A stretch of 63,631 nt of DNA, the filler included, from Craspedostauros australis (lineage: Eukaryota), in assembly GCA_030167865.1 (NCBI GenBank). It is 16 parts of 16 records of this genome, joined end to end, with 100 filler letters (N's around TTAATTAATTAA, not from the genome) between each part and the next. Parts side by side here need not be neighbours in the genome. Positions count along the whole stretch, not along the records: positions 1 to 2,180 come from JALAGF010004464.1; positions 2,281 to 12,941 come from JALAGF010004465.1; 14 more parts are not named here. One strand, given 5' to 3'. This document shows positions 1 through 11,075 of the stretch, in pieces. Position 1 is the first letter of the stretch; every line of letters starts with the position of its first letter. The translations under genes and the position numbers were made by a program. Below the pieces are notes generated by a model, which was given only the letters and a program-made list of their open reading frames with translations, was not told the origin of the DNA and ran no database searches.

Positions 1-470
1 TTCTCATCCGCTCATGCGGGCATGTGCGAGCGTGCAGGGACCGCCTGAAGAGGCGACGATAATACTGGGACCCCGCTCCGAGGGAGGACCGTCACCAAGC
101 CGGCACTGCTTGTAATGTGCTGCATCCTCTTTGACCATGGTGTGTTGACGCAGAGTGACCGGCGTCAACGGGATGCAATCCCACCGTTCGCATTGCGTGG
201 TGTGGATGACACTGGTGGACGCACCGACCGTAGGTTACACGGAAATCCCTACTGAGACACACGCTGTTATCAGCGAAAAGATCGCGTGCCTTGTTGCCCG
301 GTCTGTGTTTCTCATCGCGGGTTGGCACCACGAAAACACACGTTGAAACACTTTTTTACGTCGAAAACACACCATGTCCCAGTGTGATTTTCTTGACAAC
401 ACAATCTCTCTCTCCCTTCACTACTTCCCTCTCATCCTCATCAACAACATCATACACGAACATTAACACC

Positions 471-1964
471 ATGGCAGCCGCTGCAAATCCCAACGTCAAC
501 GAGATACGTGACTATTGCAAGAACGTACTCAGCTTTCCCGATGATGACATCGTCGATGCTTTGGAGGATCAAGGCTTGACCAAATTCGACGATTTTCTCT
601 CCATCACTGACGAAGGCGTTACTGCCCTGTGCAAGCGCATCTGTGACGGTAGCGGGTTCATTGAAAACCCCGCATACAAGGCAGGCGCCAAGGGCAATAT
701 ACCACCGCAAATTAAGGATCCAGGCATCAGCGTTGGTTGGGTTCATGAAACAAAGCTGCGCCAACTTCGCTATGCACGATTCCACTTCCAACGCATTCAA
801 CGTCCTTTCACGGCGGCAGAGGCGCCCATGGATCGCCTCGTTGCGCTATGGGAGCTCTTCCTCGAGGAACAACGCATCAAGAAGGAAACCGAGATGGACA
901 TGCCAGAACGACTGGTCAAAGTGGACCGTGTCCGTGATAGCCTCGAAGACATTCAGAACTACTTGGAGAACACACATGGTGCACTCGACACTCCACTTTC
1001 CTATGTGATCCGTGAGGATTCACGCAAACCCGAAGACCGCACACCGGCCATCAACGACGGATTTGGTGTACCCACCATGAAGGAGGAGTTAATCGATCGT
1101 GCAATCCATGAAGGCATCCGTTATGACGCAGACAACGCCAAAGTGTGGCAGGTTGTTCGCCATGTCACTCACGGCGGACCTGCATGGGCTTGGGTCCAAG
1201 GCTTTGAGCGCGCACGCAATGGTCGTGCAGCATTCATCGCACTCAAGGAGCATTATCATGGTGACTCGTTTCAGGCTCGTACCAAGGCAGCAGCATCCAA
1301 GACAATTGCAACGAGCTTCTATGACGGCAAATCGCGTCAATTCACTTTTGAACGATACGCACAGATCATGAAAGGCGCATTTGAGGATATGGCACGATGC
1401 GGTGAACCACTCGTGAATGCGGCGAAAGTGCGCCACTTCCTTGATGGTATCCGTGATTCTCGTCTCGACAGCGCATGCGTTGCTATCAAGATCAACGAAG
1501 CTCTTCGTGAAGACTTGCCCGGGGCCATCAATGTCCTGAGCGAAGTCATTGATCACAAGCAAATCGCGTCACCCAGACGCTCCATTGGCTCGATGGATCG
1601 CAGCAAAGGCGGTCGTGGCAATCGCAACGGAACACCAAGCAAGGGTGGTCGCGGAGGTCAAGGCAAACCCAAGAAGTATGATCCGAACATGGTCATCACC
1701 GATCGTCATTACTCACCCGACGAATGGTCGGTCATGTCATCCGCACAGAAGACCAAGGCACTGGAGATGCGTGCTGAACGAGACAAACGCCGTGGGGTCA
1801 TGTCGGTGGGCAGAAACACGCCATCGAAACGTCCTCATGAAGAGACGGCTGGTCATTACGGGCCGACTGATGCTGCTAACCAAGGCGGTAGTCCATCTGG
1901 TACCAACAATCAGGCTGGAATTGGCAGCATGGCCACCCGCCGCAACCAGCAAGGACGCTCTTGA
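471..1964 (+). CDS. gag: Gag of a CoDi-type Ty1/copia LTR retrotransposon
   Basis: ATG at 471 follows an AC-rich leader. Gag-like motifs include PLSYVIR, DNAKVWQVV..GGPAWAWV, NGRAAFIALKEHYHG, YDGKSRQFTFERY and KVRHFLDGI, with a basic Gly-rich tail. The retroelement protease follows in the same frame. Confidence 0.85.
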   Translation: MAAAANPNVNEIRDYCKNVLSFPDDDIVDALEDQGLTKFDDFLSITDEGVTALCKRICDGSGFIENPAYKAGAKGNIPPQIKDPGISVGWVHETKLRQLRYARFHFQRIQRPFTAAEAPMDRLVALWELFLEEQRIKKETEMDMPERLVKVDRVRDSLEDIQNYLENTHGALDTPLSYVIREDSRKPEDRTPAINDGFGVPTMKEELIDRAIHEGIRYDADNAKVWQVVRHVTHGGPAWAWVQGFERARNGRAAFIALKEHYHGDSFQARTKAAASKTIATSFYDGKSRQFTFERYAQIMKGAFEDMARCGEPLVNAAKVRHFLDGIRDSRLDSACVAIKINEALREDLPGAINVLSEVIDHKQIASPRRSIGSMDRSKGGRGNRNGTPSKGGRGGQGKPKKYDPNMVITDRHYSPDEWSVMSSAQKTKALEMRAERDKRRGVMSVGRNTPSKRPHEETAGHYGPTDAANQGGSPSGTNNQAGIGSMATRRNQQGRS

Positions 1965-2180
1965 CCGCGAGGTCACACTCGGCGGCTCACATCCGTCAGC
2001 ATGTCTCTGTCATCTGACACCCCACGGGCAGAGCTCGATTCGCATGCAGATACATGTTGTTTTGGTGACACTGCGTACATCGTGCATCAGACCGACCAAA
2101 CCGTCACTGCAACTCCTTTTATTGACTCACTTGGGTCCATCGATAATGCACCAATCGTCACAGCTGCGATAGCATACGAT
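1965..2180 (+). CDS. pol: Pol N-terminus (aspartic protease), truncated by contig end
   Basis: ELDSHADTCCFG active-site motif and the downstream IVTAAIAYD segment typical of CoDi proteases; same frame as gag after the TGA at 1962-1964. Confidence 0.85.
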
Positions 2181-2280
2181 NNNNNNNNNNNNNNNNNNNN
2201 NNNNNNNNNNNNNNNNNNNNNNNNTTAATTAATTAANNNNNNNNNNNNNNNNNNNNNNNNNNNNNNNNNNNNNNNNNNNN
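2181..2280. other. Artificial contig linker (N44-TTAATTAATTAA-N44)
   Basis: The identical six-frame stop linker recurs at about 2225, 12986, 30095, 32098, 34142, 36471, 38824, 41238, 43828, 49681, 51053, 54528, 56823, 59355 and 61599. Confidence 0.98.
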
Positions 2281-2751
2281 ATAGTTGTCGAGGATGTTGT
2301 ACATGCCTGTTGTTGTGGCGACTTGGAAGATGTCAATGCATTGCATCATCATCGCGCGAGTGCGGATGTTGGCGAGGAAGACATTGATGTTCTCTGGAGC
2401 GCCTTCGAACTTGTCGTCGCTGAGCTTCTCTTGTGCTGTCTTGATGAGAGCAGCGCCTGTCTTTGTTGTTGGATCGATGAGAGATCCATATGGAGTTACA
2501 GCAAACTGTGCTGGTTGCTGGTTGGCTGGCGGATTCGGATTGGCTTGGACAACTGGCTGTGCAGCCGCTGCTGCTTGAACTTGTGCTGCCACTTGTTGCT
2601 GGATGATTTGGACGAGCTGTGCCATGTTCAGAGCGATGGGCTGTCCTCCTGCTTGTGGCGGTTGCTGTGCTGCCTGTGGTTGTGCAGCTGCTTGCCCTGC
2701 AGGTGCGGTTGCGGCTGTGGCGTCGTTGGGTTGGTTGCCTTGATCCGCCAT
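2281..2751 (-). CDS. gag: Gag N-terminus of a second LTR retrotransposon family, truncated by contig end
   Basis: Gln/Ala/Pro-rich start, then FAVTPY..LID..TKTG, KFEGAPENINVFL..R.R and NILDNY, resembling diatom copia Gag starts; lies just inside a putative LTR. Confidence 0.6.
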
Positions 2752-2890
2752 GGTCGCTCTTCGAGTTTCGTTGTTGTTGTNNNNNNNNNNNNNNNNNNNN
2801 NNNNNNNACGATCAGAGCGCGTGTTTCACGTTGCGCAGAGGAAGCGTGTGCAGGTTTTTCACGTGACCGGAGGTGTTGGGGGGTGAAACC

Positions 2891-3284
2891 TGTCTGTTCT
2901 GAAAATTATGACTGTGCGGAGCGGTCATTTGCTCAACGTGGATCCTACGCGTGGTTTGTGCGGTATCGTCTGTCCATCGACACTCATTGTTCGGATTCGG
3001 CCAGATTCGGGAATTGGCACTAAATCTGCACAAAGTTGCGTTTCATGAAGTCGTCGTGATCAAGGGCTGTCCTGCATTCGATCTAAACAAAGTACTCCTG
3101 ACCAATCAAGAACGCATGGGTCACTACTAGGCGCACATAGACTACTAGACTATCACTTGTAATCCACTCCATGGCCACCTTACTGCAACGAATAATAACA
3201 AATAGCCAACTAAGTAGGACGAATTGGAATACAAGGTAGTCTAGGACAGTAGAGTGTTGTCGATTAGTTGTCCATAGGCAAACA
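2891..3284 (-). mobile_element. Putative 5' LTR (394 bp) of the element whose gag starts at 2751
   Basis: Minus strand begins TGTTTG and ends CAGACA (near-inverted termini), 140 nt upstream of the gag ATG. No second LTR is available to confirm. Confidence 0.55.
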
Positions 3285-4474
3285 ATCAGTGGCTGTGTTG
3301 CGAGAGCAGTATGCTGGTGTGTTGGAGGTGGGCCCGTTCTGCTGATGCATCCTGCCACCACAAACACAGATGGGTACTACTCAGATCGGTACAGTTTCGG
3401 CCCTCACACACACACCACCACTTGAAGGGCCGATCAGAGAAGTACGCACAAATTGCCACACACGCATGCAAGCTTGGGAAGTCGTGGTAGTGTTGTGCAT
3501 CGCGGTGGGCCATGCTAGTGTTGGCACTGCGACCCCGTTCTGACCGTTTTGCATGCATCACTCCTTGTCCCGGCGAAAAACACAACGGCGGAACAAAAGG
3601 AACAGAACATGCTCCACAAACGTGGAAGCGTATTGGTTAAATGTTACTGTTCTCCTCACCAGTCCCACCTGCAGAAAACCGAGACGTGCAGGTAAGGAAA
3701 GGACCAACAACGAGAGAAAAGCGCTTCCAGCGTCAGTCACTTGAACGATCTTGTAGTCATCCTGGTCGATCTGAGGAAACTGCTGAGCCAAACCGAGGTG
3801 CCGTAGTGTGCCCAATAGCGAGCACGAGTGACGTCACAATGGCATGCTTCACGGGAATGGAGGCCAAACCAGCAGAAGGTGGCAACGACGCTACTGTGTT
3901 GTGTCATGATTGCCTTTGGGGACGAAGAAGGAGGCCAACCAGACAGACATTGTGACACACACTGTCTTCACACGCGTTACGAGTTTTCGTTTCGACAACA
4001 TCCAACGAGATGTGTTGTAGTCGAGTGGGTCAAGAAATGCGCAACAAGTGGAGCAGTGGTGTGGGCGTTGAAACCACGGGATGACCGCACCTCCCAGGCG
4101 TGGGCTACGGATTCCTGTTGTTGGGTGTTTGGGATGAATTGAAATTGTGGAACATGCGAATCGTGGATACGGTGAAACGCAAGCCGTTGTAGCGGGCGTT
4201 ACAAGAATAGATGAATCGAAGGTGTCATACACGACACGACTCATTTATTCAGGGTCGGTGAGAACAAACGCAAATGCGACAGAACGGCAACGAAAGTTGC
4301 AGCAACCACAGCGCAACAACCGAGAATGGTGTGGACGAAAGATCTGGCAGAGCCAAGGAAAGGCACCAACGCACCGACCAAACGACTACACATCCGTGCG
4401 TGCATCCTCACACACGCAGGCATCAACGATTGTGATCCAAGCTGCCGCTGCTATCCCGTAGCGTTTGTTCCAAA

Positions 4475-5782
4475 ATGACGATCCCCAGACTGAATTGGTG
4501 CACGACGTGCCACGAGGCATGCCATCATCACCCGACGGTTTGCAGCGTTTGCGGCACTCCCTTGGGCCCAGCGCCATCGCGATCGACGCAGGCATCGGAC
4601 TCGGTGCGGTCGAATGCGGGTGGCAATGGGAGGACTGAGCAGAGCACCGGGCGTGGTAACGCGGCGGCACGTCCTGATACGGTCGCTTTGTTGATAGAAC
4701 GTGCGCGCAACGCTCAAAGGCTGATCATGTCAGCGCAGTCGCAACAGCGGGTGGAGGCCTTGACTCAGGAAGTACTGGCGAGATTGGGCGTATTGACCGG
4801 AAACATGCAGGAAGTGCCGCAGCAGAGATCAGGCCATCGCCCGACATCCAAAACCACTCTGTCGCGGCTGCCACGGATCGTGCTGGACGAAAACTCCCAC
4901 CTCTTCCATCAGGCGACGGTTCAATTGCATGTGGCGCCTTCGTCATCGTTGCGATCGTCTTCTTCGGGGAACGATTCCGTCGTCTTTGAGGGGATTCGCG
5001 GAGAGTTCGGTGCTGCAAAGACACGCATAAATGATGGCGATGGTGACGATGGTGGTGGTGGCGGCGGCAGGGACAGCACCGGTCAGAGGGAGGGCGTGAA
5101 CGCTCCAACCGAAGAGATGCATCTGGAGAATTTCCAGTTGTACCTTGCAAGTCCTTCGCTGACAGGGAAGCACCCGTTGGACACCGACGTTGATTTCTCG
5201 GGCGCGGATGCCGTGCTTTACATGGAGCGTGGAGATGGAATCACATTCGCGCGCAAGGCCTGCATGGCACAAGACGCAGGCGCGAAGGCACTTGTGATTG
5301 GCAACAACATGCGGAGTCCGTGGCCGTACGTTATGAAGGATTCCAAGAAGGAGGCGGCTGGCGTGACAATACCGGTCGTCATGATACAGCAGAAGGATGC
5401 GCAAGCATTGAAGCGAATTTGCCAGCAGGGGCATGGTCTCAGTGATGTTGGGGAAGGTGGCGCTGCCATGGCCGCCGCAAATGCGAGAGGGGCGTTCAGA
5501 ATCTCCCTCAAACTGCAGCGATCCTCGCGTGAGTGCGTGGTATGCCAGGACGAGCTGCAATGTTCGCAGACATTGCTTCAGATCTCTGGATGCGGCCATT
5601 TATTCCACGAGCAGTGCGCCTTGGCCTGGTTGCAAAATCACAACACGTGCCCATACTGTCGTTTGGAGCTACCGACGGATGACGCCGAGTACGAACATGA
5701 ACATCGACGATTTCAGCGCACGCACGCAGGGAGCCAGCTGCACGATCCGGAAGCTGAGGTCAGCGCAATCTTGTACGGTTAG
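4475..5782 (+). CDS. PA-domain RING-H2 E3 ubiquitin ligase-like protein with an N-terminal zinc ribbon
   Basis: N-terminal WCTTC..CSVC; PA-domain motif ERGDGITFARKA..AQDAGAKALVIGN..IPVVMI; C-terminal RING-H2 CVVC..CGHLFHEQC..W..CPYC; intact single-exon ORF. Confidence 0.88.
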   Translation: MTIPRLNWCTTCHEACHHHPTVCSVCGTPLGPAPSRSTQASDSVRSNAGGNGRTEQSTGRGNAAARPDTVALLIERARNAQRLIMSAQSQQRVEALTQEVLARLGVLTGNMQEVPQQRSGHRPTSKTTLSRLPRIVLDENSHLFHQATVQLHVAPSSSLRSSSSGNDSVVFEGIRGEFGAAKTRINDGDGDDGGGGGGRDSTGQREGVNAPTEEMHLENFQLYLASPSLTGKHPLDTDVDFSGADAVLYMERGDGITFARKACMAQDAGAKALVIGNNMRSPWPYVMKDSKKEAAGVTIPVVMIQQKDAQALKRICQQGHGLSDVGEGGAAMAAANARGAFRISLKLQRSSRECVVCQDELQCSQTLLQISGCGHLFHEQCALAWLQNHNTCPYCRLELPTDDAEYEHEHRRFQRTHAGSQLHDPEAEVSAILYG

Positions 5783-7438
5783 AATCTGATCAATGACATG
5801 TCAAGGTGTACTTTGTACGAACAATCTATCGTGTTGTGCAGACAAACGAGTAGCACGAAAAGTGCGAATGTCGCACGTGTTCACGGAGCGCATGTGTCCC
5901 CGTTCAGAAGACGAATGTATCCCATCGCGAGAAGCAGAGCGTCGTATCGTACTATTATTCTTCGTATACCTGGTATGGCACAGGAAACATCATGTGTATC
6001 AAGATTCGGGACCACAACAAACAGTCGTGAGTTGGAACCTGTGATTGGTGTTGATCGACGATCATGTTCGCAGAAAGTCGGCTTGATCATGATATGCCCA
6101 ATTGGGCTAATCGCGGTCGAATCCATTGATGTGTTGACGCTGCCAAACGACGAGCCTGCCATCACTCTGCTTTGGTGGCATGGCAGGTTCGTTGCTGCTC
6201 CCGCGAGAAGAAGGCGGGTTGAAGCCAAGTGGCATCACGGTTGCTCTACATAGGTGTCTGTGATGATATCTCGTCTTCACTCATGATCTGCAATGAGGTT
6301 ACGACAGACGGTGCGAATCGAGCACACTGGAGCACTTCACCTATATCCACAAACTGGACTTTGGGATCAATGCGTACTCGTACGCGTGCATGTGATGCAG
6401 AGATCGGTTTTGTATGTGTGTGTGAATGCGGAAGCAGCGAAGAAGGACACACAAGTATTCACCACACAACAACAACCTGCTATACGAGTACTTGCGTCGT
6501 CTCTCTCGACGAGCCAATCGAAGATTGTCTCCCTTGTGCTGACTCCATACCGTATCCGTACATGATCAAGCAAGCATTGGTTTTTCCCATTCTCCGCGGA
6601 CTCTTTTCCAAACGGCATTGGCGCACGGAAGGCTGGTGGGTCACGGAAGTGGTTAGTCAAGCAACCAATCAAGTTGGACATGGAAGCCAATTTCCTTCCT
6701 GTCTCATTTCTGCCCCTGGTGACGCGTGCGTATGTGCCTCTCTTGAACACGACTTCAAATAGTGGATGAGTTTCGGGCCGTGCGCGAATCGTTGGTTGAA
6801 CGTGATCATGGTTGCGATGTCCGCAGCTGATTAGGTACCGTCGAAAAGTCGCGTGGGGTGATTCCGCGTCTGTCCATCTGGCACAGGGAGATTCAAGGTT
6901 GATGTCATCGCTCTGGGAACGAAACGAATCCTACAGAAGTGATCTGCTTTTTGCTCTCGCTTGTGTGGAGGTGAGGAGGAGAGTTTGCCGTCTCAGCATC
7001 ATCCATGTTAACTTACCACGTGCTGTGGTCTACGCTAAGTCGTATGGCAACCCTTCCATCTCCTCCTTCGTACGAGTATTGCTGCTTTGATGTTTGGTGG
7101 AGGAGTCGTACGTAATACGATCTATGGTAGGTACATACCTTGCATTGCGTGATGTGCTTGCTGTGAGAACGAGGAATGAAGAGACAGATGACTCATCATT
7201 GATGCCTCGGAGAGAGGGTTCGAAACGGAACCGCTCCATCACAAATGACAAACATTGCACAACAGCCTCTACTCTACCACATGTTCGCATAGACAGGTAC
7301 ATGTAAGAGCCAAAAGTTGCTGAAAGTTACTGTATGATACAATACTATATTAGAATGAAAGTGTGCAGAGCAGTCGGAAAACGTGGGCGTGGTAATATTC
7401 TGGAGTGAATCTGCAGTTCCCCCTGTTGGATGGCGGTC

Positions 7439-8335
7439 TCATGCTGCGGCTGCAGATATCGACCCCTTCATGGCGTAACCGATCACATTTTCGAGGACGC
7501 CATCCATGACCGCGCCGTCGCCGAACTGGCTGTCTTGTTGAAGCGACATTTGTTGCTGTAGCTGCTGCTGCTGCTGCTCGTCCTCCTTTTGGTTTTGCTG
7601 CAGCCAAAAGTACGATTGCAACAGCTGCTCGTTGCACTGCTGCGCTTCCTCCGTGTTGCCCATCGATTGGTGAAGATGGGAGAGGTTGTTCAGAATGGAC
7701 ATGATGCGCTGCAGGAATCGCATTGGGAGTGCGATATCCTGCTGCTCACCCAGCTGCTGCACATGGAGCCTGTGGGCATTCTCGTAGAGCCGGATCGCCT
7801 TCGAGATGGATCCGCCACCTTGGTCGGGGTTGAAGGTTGCCTTGAGATGGCAGGCAAGCGCCAAGTTCGAGACGACGATGGTGGAGACGGAGGATATGCT
7901 GAAGCGGAATCCGTCGTCATTGCTCTGGTTGAGGAACTGGGTGGGACCTGCGCAGATGAGGTAACCATCATCGTCTGGCAGCATGGATGGAGAAGCGTGC
8001 ATGTAGTACTCTTCCTCCACAAGCGAGGTAGGGCCGGCAAGTGCTCCCGTGCACTTGGGATGCCTGTGCGACGGGGTTTGCTGGTTGTTGTTGCTGGCCA
8101 TTTCATGGTGTCCCTCACCGTGGTCCCTCTCCAGCTCTCGTTGTCCTTGCTGAGGGCCGTTGCTCACGGTTGACGTCGAGCTTGACGTCATTGCTACGTC
8201 GTTCGCAATCGATTTGCGCACGAGGTGCAATGATTGCGTCAGAACGGTGCAAGCCTTGGCGTAGAAGCCGTTCTGGATGCAGTGCGCCCCGACGTTGTTG
8301 AGGTGGAGAGCGTGATGGGAAAGTGGGATGGACAT
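7439..8335 (-). CDS. Diatom-type TPR-like helical protein (expanded family)
   Basis: LNNVGAHCIQNG..L..SL, NLALACHL, AIRLYENA, ILNNL.HLH..G and a C-terminal SAAAA. Likely start MSIPL at 8335; the ORF track extends it to 8410. Confidence 0.72.
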   Translation of the reverse strand: MSIPLSHHALHLNNVGAHCIQNGFYAKACTVLTQSLHLVRKSIANDVAMTSSSTSTVSNGPQQGQRELERDHGEGHHEMASNNNQQTPSHRHPKCTGALAGPTSLVEEEYYMHASPSMLPDDDGYLICAGPTQFLNQSNDDGFRFSISSVSTIVVSNLALACHLKATFNPDQGGGSISKAIRLYENAHRLHVQQLGEQQDIALPMRFLQRIMSILNNLSHLHQSMGNTEEAQQCNEQLLQSYFWLQQNQKEDEQQQQQLQQQMSLQQDSQFGDGAVMDGVLENVIGYAMKGSISAAAA

Positions 8336-9987
8336 GTTGATTGTCGTGTTTCTTTTACTGTGGCGTTGACGTTTGCGTTTGCGTTGGAATTGTGTGATCG
8401 TTGTCAGCAATGCGACTTCAGATGCGTGATGTGTGATGTACCTGTAATTGAGAGAGTATTGTTTTTATGATTGTTTCGTGGATACAACCAGAGCGTCATC
8501 TGTGATGAGAGACAGAATAGCGAGTATGATGGAAGTGTGTGTAGAGGACATGTTGAATTTACGAAGTGGCGCCAAAGTCGCCAGCACACCATCCCGTTTC
8601 GCCTGCAAAAGGGCGTTTTCTGTCATACGCCCAATGACGAAACGGTGTTGCTTGACCGTGGACACGATCGAAGGAGAAGAAACCATGGATCGTGACGCGA
8701 AAAACTTTACAAGCCAAGATTCCTGCGTCAACTTCATGTGCGGACGACAATTCTTTAGCGTACTACAATACTATTCAACGCACATGTAACCAGAAAGCGT
8801 CACTGAGCACCGGAAATGGTGACGAACCCAAGATTACTCGAACTTGTGCAATCAAGTGTCCTTCTCTCCGTTTGTACGCAAGAACGGCCACACTTTCCCA
8901 AGGCAAAGCCTCCTGGTAGTCGCACGAACAGAGAAATGAGCATGTGAAGCACTGTTGGGCTTCGTGTGTTCGTTGGTGTTCGTTCCCGGACTTCACTTCA
9001 GGAGATTCGTTTCCCAATGCCGAAGCCTGTCTTCTGCGTTTCTTACGACTTTGGCAGATGCGAAGTGATTGGGCGCACACAGCATTCCCACCATATCACT
9101 TGTGATGATTGCGACATGAGCCAGACAGTTCTCCTTAACGTGGAGCTGATACATGAATAAAATGCGCAGGTCGGATTCATACTACCGGATGTCTTGCCAC
9201 AACGCGGTGATGTCATGACGTTATTTATGTTACAGCGATTGTGGTTTTGTGCGCTCTCGCTCAAGAGAAGCTGATGGAGCATGTGATACCACTAGCCCTC
9301 CAAACGAACTCGTATGAACCCGCGAACAGAAACGAGGTGTCCCCGTGGCACGACCATGGGAGGCAAAAACACCTGTGTGATCGTGATTGGTGGTGCTGGT
9401 TGTATGGAACTGTACACCAGAGTATTGCCCCCTTGCACATCGTAATTCAATGCAAGGGTGGTGGAACAGGGTAGTGCACTGGAGTTCTTGAAGAAGTTGG
9501 CGGGAGTACTTCTCGCGTCAACAATACTGGTGACGAGAGCAACAAACGAGAAGTCGGCGATTCGCCTATTTCCATGTCCGCGTGGTGTGAAGCCTCCTCA
9601 GCGCCCGAGCGCAAAGAAGGCCCAGTATGATGTCATCCTCCGACTAGTGCCGCTTGGTGATGACACAGAGAAACACCACAGGGACACAATCCATGATGTC
9701 ATCATTGCTGCATATGATGCATGTGTCGAATAGCACCAGAGCACAAGAAATGGTGACATCCATACTGTCGTCATTGTTATCAATGCGACAATGCGGTCTA
9801 CTACACCAATGAATCATCTTCGTACTATGCACCGAATGACTTAGCGATAGTCACATCTCCTCCAAATGTGAAGCATTGTATTATATGCAGATTGTCCCCT
9901 GGCTCGTACTCTGCTCTACTCTGCTGTGCTGTCGTCTGCTCTACCTGTGTGCAGATGTTGTAGAAGCTGCGGTAACGCAGGGCAGAT

Positions 9988-10067
9988 CCAACGCACCAAT
10001 GTTCCAATGTGCCAACGTGCCAATGTGCCAACGTGCCAATGTGCCAACGTGCCAATGTACCAACGCA
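9988..10067. repeat. 8-bp minisatellite (CCAAYGTG), about 10 units
   Basis: ccaacgca ccaatgtt ccaatgtg ccaacgtg ... ccaacgca; units alternate AAT/AAC, giving a 16-bp higher-order period. Confidence 0.9.
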
Positions 10068-11075
10068 AAGACATGAAGTGGATTATTCGACAATGACATG
10101 GCTATTCGATAAGGCATTCAGCGAACACCGCCAAAGGTGTCACTCTCGTCCTTGTGGGTGTCTGTTTTGCTGTCCATTACGCACGAGTAGCTCCTATGCA
10201 AGGCACTATACAACATGTACAAGCACTCGATCACTCTGCCACTCCTGGCATCACTCATCGCCATCAACGTCGCAAAGACTGTCGCACCAGTGCATGGGTC
10301 AGGACAGGTCGCAGATTCGCCCGTGCGCCATTGTTTGCTGCGACTCTGGAGAGAGACGACACATCGCGAACTCTCTTTGCGCTCGTTTCAGGTTTGTTGT
10401 CGTTTCTGCTGCAGTAAACAGACAGACACTTGATCAAACACACTGACATTCAAACGCGACACATCCACAAACATGTAAACGGACAATTGATGATCGTTTT
10501 TATTCTATATTTTTCGGGATCAGAAACCCCTTTTAACCACTGTCCCCAAAGGAGTTTGGAAGACGACACGTTTCGGGGGAGGCGATAAAGTCACCGAATG
10601 ACTCGATTGATCCATCCCGCCAAACAAGAATGGAATTTGTGCACCTCAGTTCCGTTGCATCCGAGAAAAACCGCACTCGACACGAAAACAAGCAAAGAGA
10701 CACTGCGCGGTAGCGCACAAAACTACGGCGAAGCAACTTCCACCGAAAACACGCGAACGCACAACACGACGCGGGTGCAGAGAGCGCAACGGGAAACGAG
10801 AAAGGACAGACACACGCTCCCTCTCCAATTTCTGGGAAGCCACCAATTCCTGAAGCCGTCCTGTGCGCGTGATTGCCACAAGAGGACTGCTTCTTTTGGT
10901 CGCACCACTTTCCGCCATCCATTTCCATACCAAACGTCGCCAAGTGGATAGTGACGCCCATCACGGAGGCAGCAGCTGCAGCCTGGAGCAACCTCGGTGT
11001 CAAAAAAGAAGCACCGATTCAAAGAGGAGGCGCAGTCGCCGCCAACCCCGACGCTCGTCGCCTTTTCTTCCCACG

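Noticed and set aside
291..470. ORF-track 5' extensions (291 for gag, 10863 for the acidic protein, 63406 for family-A gag, 36834 for RT)
   Set aside because: These use non-ATG starts or run through UTR or foreign sequence; the first plausible ATG or the homology boundary lies downstream.
2225..2236. Recurring TTAATTAATTAA motif flanked by N runs (15 times)
   Set aside because: Artificial six-frame stop linker joining contigs; not a biological repeat or a piggyBac TTAA site. No synteny should be inferred across it.
5790..7400. Several 70-177-aa ORFs between the host genes (also 3300-4460, 8450-10860 and 43900-45700)
   Set aside because: No recognisable motifs or consistent coding bias; may include decayed or spliced genes that I cannot support.
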